Shown: positions 17,927 through 29,331 of the stretch, piece after piece
How positions within the stretch are numbered: position 1 is the first letter of the stretch
How the letters are laid out: every line of letters starts with the position of its first letter
From: Sphingomonas sp.
Lineage (GTDB): Bacteria > Pseudomonadota > Alphaproteobacteria > Sphingomonadales > Sphingomonadaceae
DNA: 64,000 bases
Reading direction: 5' to 3'
Assembly: GCF_025353885.1 (NCBI RefSeq)
Contig: NZ_JANXNX010000085.1
Location: 13,308-77,307, forward strand
Notes under the pieces: generated by a model
The model's input: only the letters and a program-made list of their open reading frames with translations
What the model was told of the DNA's origin: nothing
Databases searched by the model: none
Program-made: the position numbers and the translations under genes

Positions 17927-19189
17927 TCAATATCCGCTCCGAAAGGCCGCCATCAGGCGCTGCACCAGTCCGCCCGCGTTGAGCCGGTGGACCGTCTGTC
18001 CGGCGGGCACGATCGCGCGCAGGTCGATCGGGTCGGACGCCGCGTAGTGGATCAGCCCTGCCAGCGTCGCAAAGCCCGGCCCGCTATGCGCCTCTGGCAA
18101 ACCGACAATCCCGCGGGGACGACCGACCCGCACCGCACGACCCAGCGACCCTTGCGCATAATCGGCGATGCCCTTCAATTCGGCACCGCCGCCGGTCAGC
18201 ACGACCTGCCGCCCGACCGGCCCTGAAAAGCCCAGGTCCTTCAGTGCCTTGGCTACCTCGCCCATCAGATGTTCCAGGCGCTGCCGGATGACCGCGATCA
18301 GAGCCGCGCGCGTAATCCGCGCCGTCTCTCCCTGTTCCTCCTCGGTCGACAGCGGCGCGACCTCGATCATGTCGTGATTGTCCTTCGGGCTGGCGGTTGC
18401 CGACCCGAAAAAGCACTTCATCCGTTCCGCCTGGTTGCGCCGGGTCCCGAATGCCGACGCGATGTCGTCGGTGATGTCGGACCCGCCGAACGGTATCGAC
18501 GCCAGCCCGACCAGAACGCCGCCTGCGAACAGCGAGACGTTGGTGACGCCGGCACCCATTTCGACCAGCGCCACGCCCAGTTCGCGCTCCTCGTCCGACA
18601 GGCACGCCATGCCCGTCGCGACGGGCGACGCGACGATCGACTTCACCTCCAGATGGGCCGAGCGGACGCAGAGGTCCAGATTGCGGACCGGCGAACCATC
18701 CGCCGCGACCACATGAATGTCGACGCCCAATGTATCGGCATGCAGCCCCAGCGGCTTCTTCACGCCCTGCAACCCATCGAGTGTATAGAGTGTCGGCTGT
18801 GCATGCAGCACCATGCGCCCATCGGGGTCGATCGAGCTTCGCCCTGCCGCCAGCAGCGCGTCGATGTCGTCCTGTTCGATGCGATGCCCGCCCAGTTCGA
18901 CCTCGACTGAGGCAATGTCGCTGACCAGCCCGCCCGCCGAAAAGCTGACCCACACGTCCTCAATGTTGGTGCCCGCGATCCGTTCGGCCTGCTCGACCGC
19001 CTCGCGCACCGCCTTTTCGGTCAGGTCCATGTCGGCGATATAGCCGCGTCGCACGCCCCGGCTTTCGCGCTGGCCGGTCCCGAGCACGGTCAGGTCACCG
19101 CCCTCGCCACGTTCGGCGATCAGCGCGGACACCTTCCACGACCCGATATCGAGTGCGGTAATCAAATTCTCGCGGCGCGACTGTGCCAT
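17927..19189 (-). CDS. ftsA: Cell division protein FtsA
   Basis: 420 aa with an actin-like ATPase fold (LDIGSWKVSALIA.., GAGVTNVSLF, VLTGGGAELKGI). The start overlaps the ftsQ stop by 1 nt (TAATG). Confidence 0.95.
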   Translation of the reverse strand: MAQSRRENLITALDIGSWKVSALIAERGEGGDLTVLGTGQRESRGVRRGYIADMDLTEKAVREAVEQAERIAGTNIEDVWVSFSAGGLVSDIASVEVELGGHRIEQDDIDALLAAGRSSIDPDGRMVLHAQPTLYTLDGLQGVKKPLGLHADTLGVDIHVVAADGSPVRNLDLCVRSAHLEVKSIVASPVATGMACLSDEERELGVALVEMGAGVTNVSLFAGGVLVGLASIPFGGSDITDDIASAFGTRRNQAERMKCFFGSATASPKDNHDMIEVAPLSTEEEQGETARITRAALIAVIRQRLEHLMGEVAKALKDLGFSGPVGRQVVLTGGGAELKGIADYAQGSLGRAVRVGRPRGIVGLPEAHSGPGFATLAGLIHYAASDPIDLRAIVPAGQTVHRLNAGGLVQRLMAAFRSGY

Positions 19190-20121
19190 TATGCGATGCC
19201 CCCTTCATTATGCTGATCGTTGCCGTCGGCGACAGGCTTGTCGATCGTCGCCTTGTCGCGACCGACGCGGACGAACATCTTGGCCGGGTCGCGCATGTCG
19301 AACCGGACAAACCCGCGCCCCAGCAGCCGGTCCAGCCCGTCCATTGCCGCAAACTTCGCCAGCGCCTTGGCCGACGGCGCATCCCCTTCGGGAAGCGCGA
19401 GCACCTCGCCCGACTGGAACCGCAGGTCCCAGCGCCGGTTGCCGACCCAGGTCGCGCCCGCCAGCATCGGTTTCAGGCGGAGCGCATGGCTCATCAGGTC
19501 GGTCAGCGCCGTTGCCTGGATATTCGCGTCGGGTCCGATGACGAGCGGCAGGTCGGGCATGGCGTCGAGCGCCACCGGCTCCAGCACCACGCCCTTGTCA
19601 TCGATCAGGGATAATTGCTGTTCATGCTGCCAGACGGCCGCAGGCTTGCGTTCGACGATGTCCACGACCAGCGTGTCGGGCAGCCGCCGCGAAACGCGCG
19701 CGTCGGCGATCCAGCCATATTGCAGCAATTCGCCACGCACCTTGTCCAGGTCGACGAGCGGCATCGCCCGGCTTTTCTGGTCGAGCGCCACGGCATAGAC
19801 GGTCAGGCGGTCCATCCGGTCGATGCCGGTCACCTCGACGCGCTTGACCGAAAAGCCCGCGTTTCCGACCAATTCGGCAATCTGCGCCGAGGCATAGGCG
19901 GGCAACCCCAGCATCATCGCGATGGCAATCAGCGCCGCACCCGCGACGCCGAGGATCGATACGGTGACAATCCGCTGCATCGCCGCCGCGCTGATCGGGA
20001 CGGCCGCGACCGTCTTGGCCAGCAGCGAAGGTTTCGGCTTGCCCTTGACCTTGCCCTTGATCGTTGCGCGGGGCTTGCGAACCGCGCCACCGCCGCCGCG
20101 CTTGATCGACGCCGCGCTCAT
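19189..20121 (-). CDS. ftsQ: Cell division protein FtsQ
   Basis: 310 aa with a basic N-terminus, a single TM and a POTRA-like segment (VKRVEVTGIDRMDRLTVYAVA). It lies between ddl and ftsA, with an ATGA overlap with ddl. Confidence 0.85.
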   Translation of the reverse strand: MSAASIKRGGGGAVRKPRATIKGKVKGKPKPSLLAKTVAAVPISAAAMQRIVTVSILGVAGAALIAIAMMLGLPAYASAQIAELVGNAGFSVKRVEVTGIDRMDRLTVYAVALDQKSRAMPLVDLDKVRGELLQYGWIADARVSRRLPDTLVVDIVERKPAAVWQHEQQLSLIDDKGVVLEPVALDAMPDLPLVIGPDANIQATALTDLMSHALRLKPMLAGATWVGNRRWDLRFQSGEVLALPEGDAPSAKALAKFAAMDGLDRLLGRGFVRFDMRDPAKMFVRVGRDKATIDKPVADGNDQHNEGGIA

Positions 20122-21041
20122 GACCTTGCCGACATCAGGGCATCCTCCAGAATCGTCGCGACCAGTTGATCGTAGCTCTGGCCCAGGTATTTCGCCTGTT
20201 CGGGGACCAGGCTGAGCGGCGTCATCCCCGGCTGGGTGTTGACCTCCAGCAGATACAGGCCCTCGATCCCGCGTTCGTCGTCCCAGCGGAAATCACTGCG
20301 AGAAGTACCCCGGCACCCCAGCACGCGATGCGCCTTCAACGCCATCTCCAGGCAGGCGGCGGCGATTTCGGCAGGGATGTTGGCGGGGCAGACGTGTTCG
20401 GTCAGGCCGTCGGTATATTTGGAGTCATAGTCGTAGAAACCGCTTTTCGGCTTCAGTTCGGTAACCGCCAGCGCCGTGTCGCCGACCACCGCCGTCGTCA
20501 GTTCGCGACCCTGGATGAACGGTTCGGCCAGCAGTTCGTCGAATTCCTGCCACGGCCCCGCCACGTCGCGCCCGATCGGGTTGCCATAATGACCGTGTGC
20601 CGTGACGATGGCCACGCCGACCGACGACCCTTCATTGACCGGTTTCAGGACATAGGGGCGCGGCAGCGGGTCGCTGAGATACAGGCTGTCGGACCTGACG
20701 ATATGCCCGCCCGGCATGCGGATGCCATGCGGCACCAGTGCCTGTTTGGTTAGCACCTTGTCGATCGCCACGACCGAGGTCGCCAGCCCCGAATGGGTAT
20801 ATTTGAGGCCCATCAGGTCCAGCATCCCCTGCACCGAACCATCCTCGCCGGGGGTTCCATGCAGCGCGTTGAAGACCACATCGGGTTTGGCGTCGGTCAG
20901 CCGCAGCGCGACATCACGGCCCATGTCGATACGGACGACCTCATGCCCCAGTCGCTCGAGCGCATCGGCACAGCCCGCCCCGCTCACCAGCGAAACTTCG
21001 CGCTCGGCCGACCAGCCACCCATCAGCACCGCGACCTTCAT
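20118..21041 (-). CDS. ddl: D-alanine--D-alanine ligase
   Basis: [33 protein letters not shown] and an ATP-grasp C-terminal half. Start moved to ATG 21041, which overlaps the murB stop (ATGA). The track start 21071 is over-extended. Confidence 0.93.
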   Translation of the reverse strand: MKVAVLMGGWSAEREVSLVSGAGCADALERLGHEVVRIDMGRDVALRLTDAKPDVVFNALHGTPGEDGSVQGMLDLMGLKYTHSGLATSVVAIDKVLTKQALVPHGIRMPGGHIVRSDSLYLSDPLPRPYVLKPVNEGSSVGVAIVTAHGHYGNPIGRDVAGPWQEFDELLAEPFIQGRELTTAVVGDTALAVTELKPKSGFYDYDSKYTDGLTEHVCPANIPAEIAAACLEMALKAHRVLGCRGTSRSDFRWDDERGIEGLYLLEVNTQPGMTPLSLVPEQAKYLGQSYDQLVATILEDALMSARS

Positions 21042-21934
21042 GCCGGGTCTCCAACGCGTTGTATTTCCCACTCCAACTGCACGCCCGAGTGGGCGAGAAC
21101 GCGCGTCCGGACTTCCTCACCCAACGCCTCGATCTCCGCGCTGGTGGCAGACCCGAGGTTCAGCAGGAAATTGCAATGTTTCTCCGATACCTGCGCATCA
21201 CCACGGCGCAGCCCGCGGCAACCCGCCGCATCGACCAGTGCCCAGGCCTTGTGCCCTTGCGGATTCTTGAACGTCGAACCGCCCGTCCTACTTCTAAGTG
21301 GTTGAGAAGCCTCACGTTTTGCTGCGATCCGGTCCATCTCCGCGCCGATGACCGCGGGCGACCCCGGAACCCCCGCAAAAGTCGCTCCAACAACGATCGC
21401 CCCTGGAGGAAGTTCAGAGTGCCGATAGGTGTAAACGAGATGGTCAACCAACTTGGTAACCCGCTCCCCCGACCGCAAAACGATGTCGGCGCTAACCAAA
21501 ACATCCGCCACTTCCCGCCCATAGGCACCCGCGTTCATCCGCACCGCACCGCCGACCGTCCCCGGTATCCCGCGCAGGAATTCCAGCCGGGCGATGGCAT
21601 TGTCGCGCGCATAGCTGGCCACCGAAATTCCCGGAGCGCCCGCGCCCGCGGTTAGCGTATTCCCCTCCACCGTGATGCCTGCAAATGCCTTGCCCAACCG
21701 GACGGTCACGCCGCGCACGCCGCCGTCGCGGACGATCAGGTTGGAGCCCAGCCCGAGTGGCCAGACCGCAACGTCCGAACGAGTTGTCCGCAGGAAATCC
21801 TGGAGGTCGGCGACATCGGCAGGCTCGAACAATTCGTCCGCAGGCCCGCCGGCCTTGAACCACACCAGCGGCGCTAGCGGCGCACCGGCGGTCAGGCGAC
21901 CGCGCACTTCGACGGGGGTGAGCACGTCGGTCAC
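21038..21934 (-). CDS. murB: UDP-N-acetylenolpyruvoylglucosamine reductase
   Basis: FAD-binding PCMH domain ([27 protein letters not shown]) and catalytic region GGSTFKNP. Proposed GTG start at 21934 overlaps the murC stop (GTGA); the track start is 22003. Confidence 0.9.
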   Translation of the reverse strand: MTDVLTPVEVRGRLTAGAPLAPLVWFKAGGPADELFEPADVADLQDFLRTTRSDVAVWPLGLGSNLIVRDGGVRGVTVRLGKAFAGITVEGNTLTAGAGAPGISVASYARDNAIARLEFLRGIPGTVGGAVRMNAGAYGREVADVLVSADIVLRSGERVTKLVDHLVYTYRHSELPPGAIVVGATFAGVPGSPAVIGAEMDRIAAKREASQPLRSRTGGSTFKNPQGHKAWALVDAAGCRGLRRGDAQVSEKHCNFLLNLGSATSAEIEALGEEVRTRVLAHSGVQLEWEIQRVGDPA

Positions 21935-23337
21935 GCCCGCGCACCGGCTATGGCCGCAGCCAGTCCTGCCGCCCATTTTGTAATGTCGCCAGCACCGAGG
22001 CACACGACCATGTCACCCGGCTGCGCCTCGACGGCGAGCGCCGCTGCCAGCGCCCCCGCATCTGCAATTTCCGCCGCCGCCCGGTGCCCGCGCTGCTTTA
22101 ACTTGTCGACCAGAGCGGCCGCATTGACGCCATCGACCGGAGCCTCGCCCGCGGCATAGACTGGTGTCACATAAACAATGTCGGCGTCGTTGAACGCCTG
22201 TGCGAACTCATCCATCAGCCCGCCCAGCCTTGAATAACGGTGCGGCTGGACAACCGCGATCACCCGCGCCGTCGCGCCCTCGCGCGCTGCCGACAGCACC
22301 GCGCGGATTTCGACCGGATGATGACCATAGTCGTCGATTACGGTCACGCCCCCCGTCTCGCCGACGTTGGTGAACCGCCGCTTGACACCGCCGAACTTGG
22401 CAAACCCCTGCTGGATCGTCGCGTCGTCCAGCCCCAGCTCGATCGCGACCGCGATTGCCGCCAGCGCGTTCTGGACGTTGTGGCGGCCCGACATGGGCAA
22501 CGCGATATCCTCAATGCTGCGGATCGACCCGTCGCGGCTGCGCACCATCGCCTCGAACCGGTTGCCACCGCTGCCGGGCAAGACATTGACGCCGCGCACA
22601 TCGGCCTGCGCGCTGAACCCGTAGGTGACAATCCGGCGATCGCGGATGCGCGGCAGCAACGCTTGCACTTCGGGATGATCGAGGCACAAGATTGCCGCTC
22701 CGTAAAAGGGCACGTTCTCGATAAACTCGACAAACGCATTCTTGACCGCGTCGAACGAACCGTAATGGTCGAGATGTTCGGGATCGATGTTGGTGACGAC
22801 CGCGATCGTGCCATCGAGCCGAAGGAAGCTGCCGTCGCTTTCGTCGGCCTCGACCACCATCCAGTCGCTCGCACCCAGCCGCGCGTTCGACCCATAGCTG
22901 TTGATGATGCCGCCATTGATGACCGTGGGATCGACCCCGCCTGCATCCAGCATCGCCGCGATCATCGACGTCGTCGTGGTCTTGCCGTGCGTCCCCGCGA
23001 CCGCAACCGTCGATTTCAGGCGCATCAGTTCGGCGAGCATTTCCGCGCGGCGCACGACCGGCACGCGTGTCTCCAAAGCGCGTTCGACTTCTGGATTGCC
23101 GCGCTTGATCGCCGTGGACGTGACCACGACCACCGCGTCACCCAGGTTGTCGGCGTGATGCCCGATCTTCACGTCAATCCCGCGCGCGCGTAGCCCCTCG
23201 ATCACATAGCCTTCGGAAACGTCCGAACCCTGCACCTTGTAGCCAAGGTTGTGCATGACCTCCGCAATGCCCGACATGCCGATGCCGCCGATGCCGATGA
23301 AATGGATCGTGCCAATGTCTGTCGCCACGCCTCTCAT
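21931..23337 (-). CDS. murC: UDP-N-acetylmuramate--L-alanine ligase
   Basis: [19 protein letters not shown]-loop [12 protein letters not shown] and the Mur ligase middle and C-terminal domains. Start is ATG 23337 (MRGVATD) or ATG 23358, which overlaps murG by 8 nt. Confidence 0.93.
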   Translation of the reverse strand: MRGVATDIGTIHFIGIGGIGMSGIAEVMHNLGYKVQGSDVSEGYVIEGLRARGIDVKIGHHADNLGDAVVVVTSTAIKRGNPEVERALETRVPVVRRAEMLAELMRLKSTVAVAGTHGKTTTTSMIAAMLDAGGVDPTVINGGIINSYGSNARLGASDWMVVEADESDGSFLRLDGTIAVVTNIDPEHLDHYGSFDAVKNAFVEFIENVPFYGAAILCLDHPEVQALLPRIRDRRIVTYGFSAQADVRGVNVLPGSGGNRFEAMVRSRDGSIRSIEDIALPMSGRHNVQNALAAIAVAIELGLDDATIQQGFAKFGGVKRRFTNVGETGGVTVIDDYGHHPVEIRAVLSAAREGATARVIAVVQPHRYSRLGGLMDEFAQAFNDADIVYVTPVYAAGEAPVDGVNAAALVDKLKQRGHRAAAEIADAGALAAALAVEAQPGDMVVCLGAGDITKWAAGLAAAIAGARA

Positions 23338-23350
23338 GTTGCAGCCTTGG

Positions 23351-24490
23351 TCATGCAAACGCCGGTTTTAGTTTGATCGGCGCAGGCGGGATCGCGGCGG
23401 GCGACAGGCTTTCGACCACATCGGCCAGGTCGCGCCCGGCTTCGGGACGCCCACAGGCCCGCGCGCGTCTGGCGGCGTTCGCCAGTGCCGATGGATCGAG
23501 GCCCAGCTTCTGCATCTGCTTGGCCAGTTCGACGGGGGTAAAGTCCAGCTCGGCAATCGAACGCGCGCCGCCCGCCGCGACCATCTCGCGCACGTTGGCG
23601 GTCTGGTGATCGTCGGTGGCACTCGGCAGGGGGATCAGGATTGCCGGACGGCCTGCTGCGGTCAGTTCGGCAATCGTCGATGCCCCTGCCCGCCCGATAA
23701 CCAGATGCGACCAGCTCAGCCGGTCGGGCAAATCGGGCAGATAAGTGGCGAGGTCAGCCGGCACCCCGAGCTGTTCATACCGCTGGCGCACTGCCTCGAT
23801 ATCCTCGGCGCGGCACTGCTGCGTTACCTGCAAGCGACGACGAAAGTTCAGAGGCAACATGCCCAGGCCATCGGGCACGACGCGTGACAGGATGCTCGCG
23901 CCCTGACTGCCGCCGGTCACCAGCACGCGAAAGATGCCATTGTCGTCCAGCGGCGGAAAGCCCTGCTGGCGGATCGCCAGTATTTCCTCGCGCACCGGAT
24001 TGCCGACCAGATGCGTCTTGCCGTTCCATTCGGGCTTCATCCGCGTGACGTTGGGATAGGCGGTCGCGATAGCATCGACACGCGCCGCCAGCAGACGGTT
24101 CACCCGGCCCAGCACGGCGTTCTGTTCGTGCACCGCACTCGGCACGCCCGCCTTCAACGCCGCCAGCAAAGCGGGAAACGCTGGGTAGCCGCCGAACCCG
24201 ATCACCGCCGACGGCTCGAAATCATTATACAAGCGCAAGGCCATCGCGCGGCCCTCATAAATGCCCTTTGCCGCACCGGGCCAGCTCAGCGGGTTTTTCG
24301 TCAGGCGACCGGCGGGCAGGATATGAACCTGCGCGCCGTCGAACAGCCCCGGTATTTTTGCGCCGCGCGCATCGGTGATCAGCGCCACCCGGTGGCCGCG
24401 CGAGATCAGTTCGGCAGCCAGCGCGTGCGCCGGGATCATGTGGCCGCCGGTGCCGCCTGCTGCGAGGACGAAATGCTTTGTGACCGTCAC
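23351..24490 (-). CDS. murG: Undecaprenyldiphospho-muramoylpentapeptide beta-N-acetylglucosaminyltransferase
   Basis: [20 protein letters not shown] and VTGGSQGA motifs. It has 4-nt overlaps with ftsW. Confidence 0.93.
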   Translation of the reverse strand: MTVTKHFVLAAGGTGGHMIPAHALAAELISRGHRVALITDARGAKIPGLFDGAQVHILPAGRLTKNPLSWPGAAKGIYEGRAMALRLYNDFEPSAVIGFGGYPAFPALLAALKAGVPSAVHEQNAVLGRVNRLLAARVDAIATAYPNVTRMKPEWNGKTHLVGNPVREEILAIRQQGFPPLDDNGIFRVLVTGGSQGASILSRVVPDGLGMLPLNFRRRLQVTQQCRAEDIEAVRQRYEQLGVPADLATYLPDLPDRLSWSHLVIGRAGASTIAELTAAGRPAILIPLPSATDDHQTANVREMVAAGGARSIAELDFTPVELAKQMQKLGLDPSALANAARRARACGRPEAGRDLADVVESLSPAAIPPAPIKLKPAFA

Positions 24491-25683
24491 TTCTTGCTCC
24501 AGCGCACAACATAGGGTGAGCGCGTCAGATACGGATTTCGCCGGGTAAATGCCAGCAATAGGCCAAATCCCGCCGAAAGCGCGATCATCGACGACCCGCC
24601 ATAGCTGATGAAGGGCAAGGTCATGCCCTTTGATGGCGCCAGATTGACATTGACCGCCATGTTGATCAGCGCCTGCACCGCGAACTGGGTGGTCAGCCCA
24701 GCGGCGGCAAGAACGATGAAACCATCCTCCTCGTCCAGCAATTTCACGAACACGCGAACGACGATCGCCAGGAACAACAGCGCGATCATGATACAGGCGA
24801 TCAGGCCGAATTCCTCGCCGATCACTGAAAAGATATAGTCGGTATGCGCTTCGGGCAGGTGAAACTTCAATTCGCCGCCACCCGGCCCGGTGCCGAAAAA
24901 CCCGCCCGCCGTCAGCGTCGCCCGGGCGCTGTCGGTCTGGTAGGTATCGCCCTCGCTGAACAGGAAATTGTCGATGCGCAGTTTAGCGACCGGGTAGAAC
25001 AGATAGGCCATGACAATGCCGAACACCCCAGCAAGTCCCAGCCCGCCCATTATTTTCGTCGAGACGCCCGACAGCATCAGCAGCGCCAGCCACATCGTCC
25101 CGAACACGATGGTCTGGCCGAAATCGGGCTGCTTCATCAGGAATACCGCGACCAGTCCGGTCAAAAGTCCCGACAGCGGAATGACGGGCAAGGTGCGGTC
25201 ATGCGCCCGCAGCGAAAGCAACCACGCCAGGCTGACGACAAAGAACGGTTTCAGGAATTCGGACGGCTGAAACTGCGCGATGCCAAACCCGATCCAGCGC
25301 CGCGCGCCGTTGGTTTCCGATCCGATCAGCGGGACCAGCACCAACATCACGCTGAAGAACAAGGCGCCGCACAACGCAAAGCGGCGGGCGATTTGGGTCG
25401 GCAACATCGACACGCCAATCATCACCGGCAGGCCCAGCCCGACCCAGATCAACTGCCGCCAAAAATAGTGCAGCGGCGCGATGGTGACATTGCCGCCCGA
25501 ATAGCGCGCCGCAGCGGCCGGCGAGGCGGCGGCGACCGCGACCAGTCCGACCGAGATCAGGATGAAAACGAGCAGCAGCAGAAAACGGTCGATCTCCCAG
25601 AACCACAGCCCGAACGCCGACCGGTCCGACCGGCCGAGGCGCGCCGAAACCGATGTCTTGATGCGCGCAGCCGGCGTGCTCAC
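24487..25683 (-). CDS. ftsW: Peptidoglycan glycosyltransferase FtsW (SEDS family)
   Basis: 398 aa with about 10 TM segments and SEDS motifs (QPSEFLKP, LPEAHTDYIFSVIGEEFG, PSKGMTLPFISYGGSS). Confidence 0.93.
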   Translation of the reverse strand: MSTPAARIKTSVSARLGRSDRSAFGLWFWEIDRFLLLLVFILISVGLVAVAAASPAAAARYSGGNVTIAPLHYFWRQLIWVGLGLPVMIGVSMLPTQIARRFALCGALFFSVMLVLVPLIGSETNGARRWIGFGIAQFQPSEFLKPFFVVSLAWLLSLRAHDRTLPVIPLSGLLTGLVAVFLMKQPDFGQTIVFGTMWLALLMLSGVSTKIMGGLGLAGVFGIVMAYLFYPVAKLRIDNFLFSEGDTYQTDSARATLTAGGFFGTGPGGGELKFHLPEAHTDYIFSVIGEEFGLIACIMIALLFLAIVVRVFVKLLDEEDGFIVLAAAGLTTQFAVQALINMAVNVNLAPSKGMTLPFISYGGSSMIALSAGFGLLLAFTRRNPYLTRSPYVVRWSKK

Positions 25684-26897
25684 AGCCGCTCGACCAAGGC
25701 GCGAAAGGCGTCACCGCGCGCTTCGAAATCGGTGAACTGGTCGAACGACGCACAGGCTGGCGACAACAGCACCGTGTCACCGGGGCGCGCGGTCATCGCT
25801 GCACGACGCAGCGCGATGTCGAGTGTCTTGCTCTGGTCGACGGGCATGTGCTGCCGCAGGATCGCCGCGAGCATCGGCCCGTCGCGACCGATGGTGAAGG
25901 CGGTCTTCACATGGTGGAAATACGGCGCGCAATCGTCGAGGTCGTCGGACTTGGCCTGCCCGCCGAGTATCCACAGGATACGGGGGTAAGCGGCGAGCGC
26001 GGGTGCGGTCGAGGTGGCGTTGGTGGCCTTGCTGTCGTTGACAAACAGGACGCCGTGACGCTCGCGGATGCGCTCCATGCGGTGGGGCAGGCCGGGGTAG
26101 GAACGCAGGGCGACCTCGATGATGGAGCGGTCCAGACCGAGCGCTTCGCAAACCGCGATTGCCGCCACTGCGTTCTGGGCATTGTGCGGCCCCTGTAGCG
26201 CGGGCCATCGCGACTGATCTAGCACGGGCGCCTGCCCACGGATGGCGGCCATGCCCGCCGACTGCATGGCGAACAGGCGCTCTTTCGAAGCGGCATATGC
26301 GGCAAAGTCGTCATAGCGATCCAGATGATCCGGCGTAACATTCAGCAACACCGCGACATCGCAATCGAGCATGAAGGTCAGGTCGATCTGGTAACTCGAC
26401 AGTTCCAGCACATAGACGCCGCCGCTTGGTAAAGGCTCCTGCCCCAGGATCGGCAGTCCAATATTGCCGCCCATCGTAGTCGGCACGTCCGCCGTTTGCA
26501 GGATATGATGCACCAGCGCCGTCGTCGTGGATTTGCCGTTGGTACCGGTGATCCCAACGACCTTGTGCGGGGGCAGTTCGGCGCGGGCCTGCGCAAACAG
26601 TTCGATGTCGCCGATCACCGGCACGCCGAATGTCGCGGCATAGGCGGCAATGGGATGGCGGTTGAGGGGAACGCCGGGGGACACGACAACGCCTGCGAAT
26701 CCGGTGAGGTCGATCTCCACCGGGTCGGCAAAACTCAATGCCGCGTTCGGAGCATACGCGTCCCGCGCCGCCTCGTTGCCATCCCACGCAATCACCTCCG
26801 CGCCGCTCGCCAGCAGGGCGTCCACAGTCGCGCGGCCGGACCGTGCCAGCCCCAGCACCGCATAACGATTGCCGCGAAAGGCCGAACTCGTGATCAC
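25680..26897 (-). CDS. murD: UDP-N-acetylmuramoylalanine--D-glutamate ligase
   Basis: Proposed GTG start at 26897 overlaps the mraY stop (GTGA) and gives [23 protein letters not shown].., P-loop [22 protein letters not shown] and [10 protein letters not shown]. The 616-aa track ORF (to 27530) overlaps mraY and its extra 211 aa are Arg/Gly/His-rich junk. The product is 405 aa, which is short for MurD. Confidence 0.88.
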   Translation of the reverse strand: MITSSAFRGNRYAVLGLARSGRATVDALLASGAEVIAWDGNEAARDAYAPNAALSFADPVEIDLTGFAGVVVSPGVPLNRHPIAAYAATFGVPVIGDIELFAQARAELPPHKVVGITGTNGKSTTTALVHHILQTADVPTTMGGNIGLPILGQEPLPSGGVYVLELSSYQIDLTFMLDCDVAVLLNVTPDHLDRYDDFAAYAASKERLFAMQSAGMAAIRGQAPVLDQSRWPALQGPHNAQNAVAAIAVCEALGLDRSIIEVALRSYPGLPHRMERIRERHGVLFVNDSKATNATSTAPALAAYPRILWILGGQAKSDDLDDCAPYFHHVKTAFTIGRDGPMLAAILRQHMPVDQSKTLDIALRRAAMTARPGDTVLLSPACASFDQFTDFEARGDAFRALVERL

Positions 26898-27964
26898 CGC
26901 AGCTTCAGGGTCGCGAGACCCGCGAGCGCCAGCACGAAGCTGATGATCCAGAACCGGATGACCACCGTCGCCTCGGCCCAGCCGAGCTGTTCGAAATGAT
27001 GATGGATCGGTGCCATTCTGAAGACGCGCTTGCCGGTCCGCTTGTAGAAGAACACCTGGATGATGACCGACATCGCCTCGACCACGAACAGGCCTCCGAT
27101 GATGCCGAGGACGATCTCGTGATGCGCCGTCACCGCGATCGCCCCGAGTGCGCCGCCGAGGGCGAGACTGCCGGTGTCGCCCATGAACACCGCCGCAGGA
27201 GGCGCGTTGAACCACAGAAAAGCGAGCCCTGCCCCCACGATGCCGCCGCAAAAGATGGCCAGATCGCCCGCACCAGGAACATGCGGGATGCCCAGATAGA
27301 CCGCGAATTTGGCGTTGCCCGCCAGATACACGATGACCATGAACGCGACGCTGGCGATGATGACCGGCATCGTCGCCAGCCCGTCGAGGCCATCGGTCAG
27401 GTTCACCGCATTGCCGAACGCGACCATCGTGAAGGCAGCGAAGACGATGTAGAAAATACCGAGGTTGGGGTGAAAGCTGCTGAAGAACGGCACGTAAAGT
27501 TCGGTGCCGTTGTTTTTGGCGATGATCCATGCGGCAACGAATGCGATGACGAATTCACCAAGCAGGCGGATTCGGCCCGACACCCCGGCGTGGCTGTTCT
27601 TTCGAACCTTGTCCCAGTCGTCCATGAAACCGATCGCACCAAAGCCGAACGTCACCAGAATACAGGCCCAGACATAGGGATTTTTCAGGTCCATCCACAA
27701 CAGGCTGGACACGCCGAGCGAAGTCAGGATCATCAGCCCGCCCATCGTGGGCGTGCCGACCTTGGCCAGGTGCGTTGCGGGGCCGTCGGCCCGGATCGGT
27801 TGCCCTTTGCCCTGTCGAACGCGCAGCCAGCCGATGAAGCGCGGGCCGATCAGCAGGCCAAGGATCAGCGCCGTGGTCACGGCCCCGCCCGTCCGGAAAC
27901 TGAGATAGCGGAGCAGGTTCAGGACGCCGGGGAAGCCCATCATCTCGGCGAGTACATAAAGCAT
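26894..27964 (-). CDS. mraY: Phospho-N-acetylmuramoyl-pentapeptide-transferase
   Basis: 356 aa, MLYVLAEMM...[36 protein letters not shown]. The start overlaps the murF stop by 1 nt (TAATG). Confidence 0.96.
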   Translation of the reverse strand: MLYVLAEMMGFPGVLNLLRYLSFRTGGAVTTALILGLLIGPRFIGWLRVRQGKGQPIRADGPATHLAKVGTPTMGGLMILTSLGVSSLLWMDLKNPYVWACILVTFGFGAIGFMDDWDKVRKNSHAGVSGRIRLLGEFVIAFVAAWIIAKNNGTELYVPFFSSFHPNLGIFYIVFAAFTMVAFGNAVNLTDGLDGLATMPVIIASVAFMVIVYLAGNAKFAVYLGIPHVPGAGDLAIFCGGIVGAGLAFLWFNAPPAAVFMGDTGSLALGGALGAIAVTAHHEIVLGIIGGLFVVEAMSVIIQVFFYKRTGKRVFRMAPIHHHFEQLGWAEATVVIRFWIISFVLALAGLATLKLR

Positions 27965-29331
27965 TAGTTGGCCCTCAAGGCATCGACAATCGCAGACAGT
28001 CCAACCCCGTTCGATCCCTTGACGAGGATCGCATCGCCGGGAGCGATGACTGATTCGATCAGGTCGCGCGCGGCGGCGGAGTCGGCCACATGGCGGAACT
28101 CGACCCGTCCCTCAAGCGCCTTGCCCAGCGCCGCCATGCCCGGTCCGACGAGAAGTGCGAAATCGACGTTGGCCGACACTACAGGTTCGGCGATGGCGGC
28201 GTGCAGGCGTTCGCTCTCGCTGCCCAGCTCGCGCATTTCACCCAGCACGGCGATGCGGCGGGTGGCGGTCTCGCGGCCCAGCACGGCGAGCGTCGCGACC
28301 ATCGACGCGGCGTTCGCATTATAGCTTTCGTCGATCAGCAAGGCGGTGCCATTCCCTGTGCGAATAGTCGACCGCGCGCCGCGCCCTGCCAGCCCTTCCA
28401 GTTCGGCGAGCGCCAGCCCCGCTGTCGCCAGGTCTGCACCCAATGCCTGCACGGCCGCGATGACCGCCAGCGCGTTGGACACCCAGTGGTCGCCCTGCTG
28501 CCCGACGGTGAAGCACAGTTCGGCACCCGGCAGGACTGCGGTGATCAGCGTGCCGTTGCGCGTCAGCATTGCTTCGCGCGCGCGGACATCGGCGCCGTCA
28601 CCAATGCCGAAGGTGACGATCGTTACACCCAGATCGCGGGCGTGTCGCATCAGCCGCTCCCGATGCGGGCTGTCGAACGGGATAATCGCGGTGCCGCCGG
28701 GTTCGAGTCCCTGGAAGATTTCCGCCTTCGCATCGGCAATGGCGGCTTCCGAGGCGAAAAATTCGATATGGGCAGGGGCGATCGCGGTGACCAGCGCGAC
28801 GTGCGGGCGCACCATCCGAGTCAGCGCGGCCAGCTCGCCCGCATGGTTCATGCCCATTTCGAACACCCCGAAATCGCTGTCGGCGGGCATCCGCGACAGG
28901 CTCAGGGGCACGCCGGTGTGATTGTTGTAACTCTTGACCGACTTGTGAACCCGGGTGTCGGGCCACCGGCAAAGCGCCGCGGCCAGCGCCTCCTTGGTGC
29001 CGGTCTTGCCGACCGACCCCGTGACCCCCGCGATTCTCGCTCGGGTCCTTTGCCGGGATGCGACCCCCAGCGCATTCAGTGCAACGGCGGTATCGGCCAC
29101 CAGAATGTGCGGGTGCGCGATCGGTTGCGAGACGATCGCTCCCGCCGCCCCGCGCGCAAACGCACCATCGATGAAACGGTGGCCGTCGGTCACCTCGCCG
29201 GGCATCGCCACGAACAGGTCGCCCACGCCGATCTCACGCGAATCGAACGCCACTCCGGTCGCAGCGAACGACCCAGATGCAACGCCTCCGGTCGCCGCGG
29301 CGATTGCCTCTGAAGTCCACAACGGGCTCAC
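27964..29331 (-). CDS. murF: UDP-N-acetylmuramoyl-tripeptide--D-alanyl-D-alanine ligase
   Basis: P-loop [13 protein letters not shown] plus the Mur ligase central and C-terminal domains. GTG at 29331 overlaps the murE stop (GTGA). ATG at 29340 is the alternative start. Confidence 0.9.
   Translation of the reverse strand: MSPLWTSEAIAAATGGVASGSFAATGVAFDSREIGVGDLFVAMPGEVTDGHRFIDGAFARGAAGAIVSQPIAHPHILVADTAVALNALGVASRQRTRARIAGVTGSVGKTGTKEALAAALCRWPDTRVHKSVKSYNNHTGVPLSLSRMPADSDFGVFEMGMNHAGELAALTRMVRPHVALVTAIAPAHIEFFASEAAIADAKAEIFQGLEPGGTAIIPFDSPHRERLMRHARDLGVTIVTFGIGDGADVRAREAMLTRNGTLITAVLPGAELCFTVGQQGDHWVSNALAVIAAVQALGADLATAGLALAELEGLAGRGARSTIRTGNGTALLIDESYNANAASMVATLAVLGRETATRRIAVLGEMRELGSESERLHAAIAEPVVSANVDFALLVGPGMAALGKALEGRVEFRHVADSAAARDLIESVIAPGDAILVKGSNGVGLSAIVDALRAN

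Noticed and set aside
26898-27530. The N-terminal 211 codons of the 616-aa murD ORF in the track, and the analogous extensions of dgt-like (14244-14402), murB (21935-22003), ddl, hslU, Slam and the response regulator.
   Set aside because: The extensions overlap the upstream gene in another frame and have junk-like composition. The conserved protein N-terminus begins at a start codon that overlaps the upstream stop (GTGA/ATGA).
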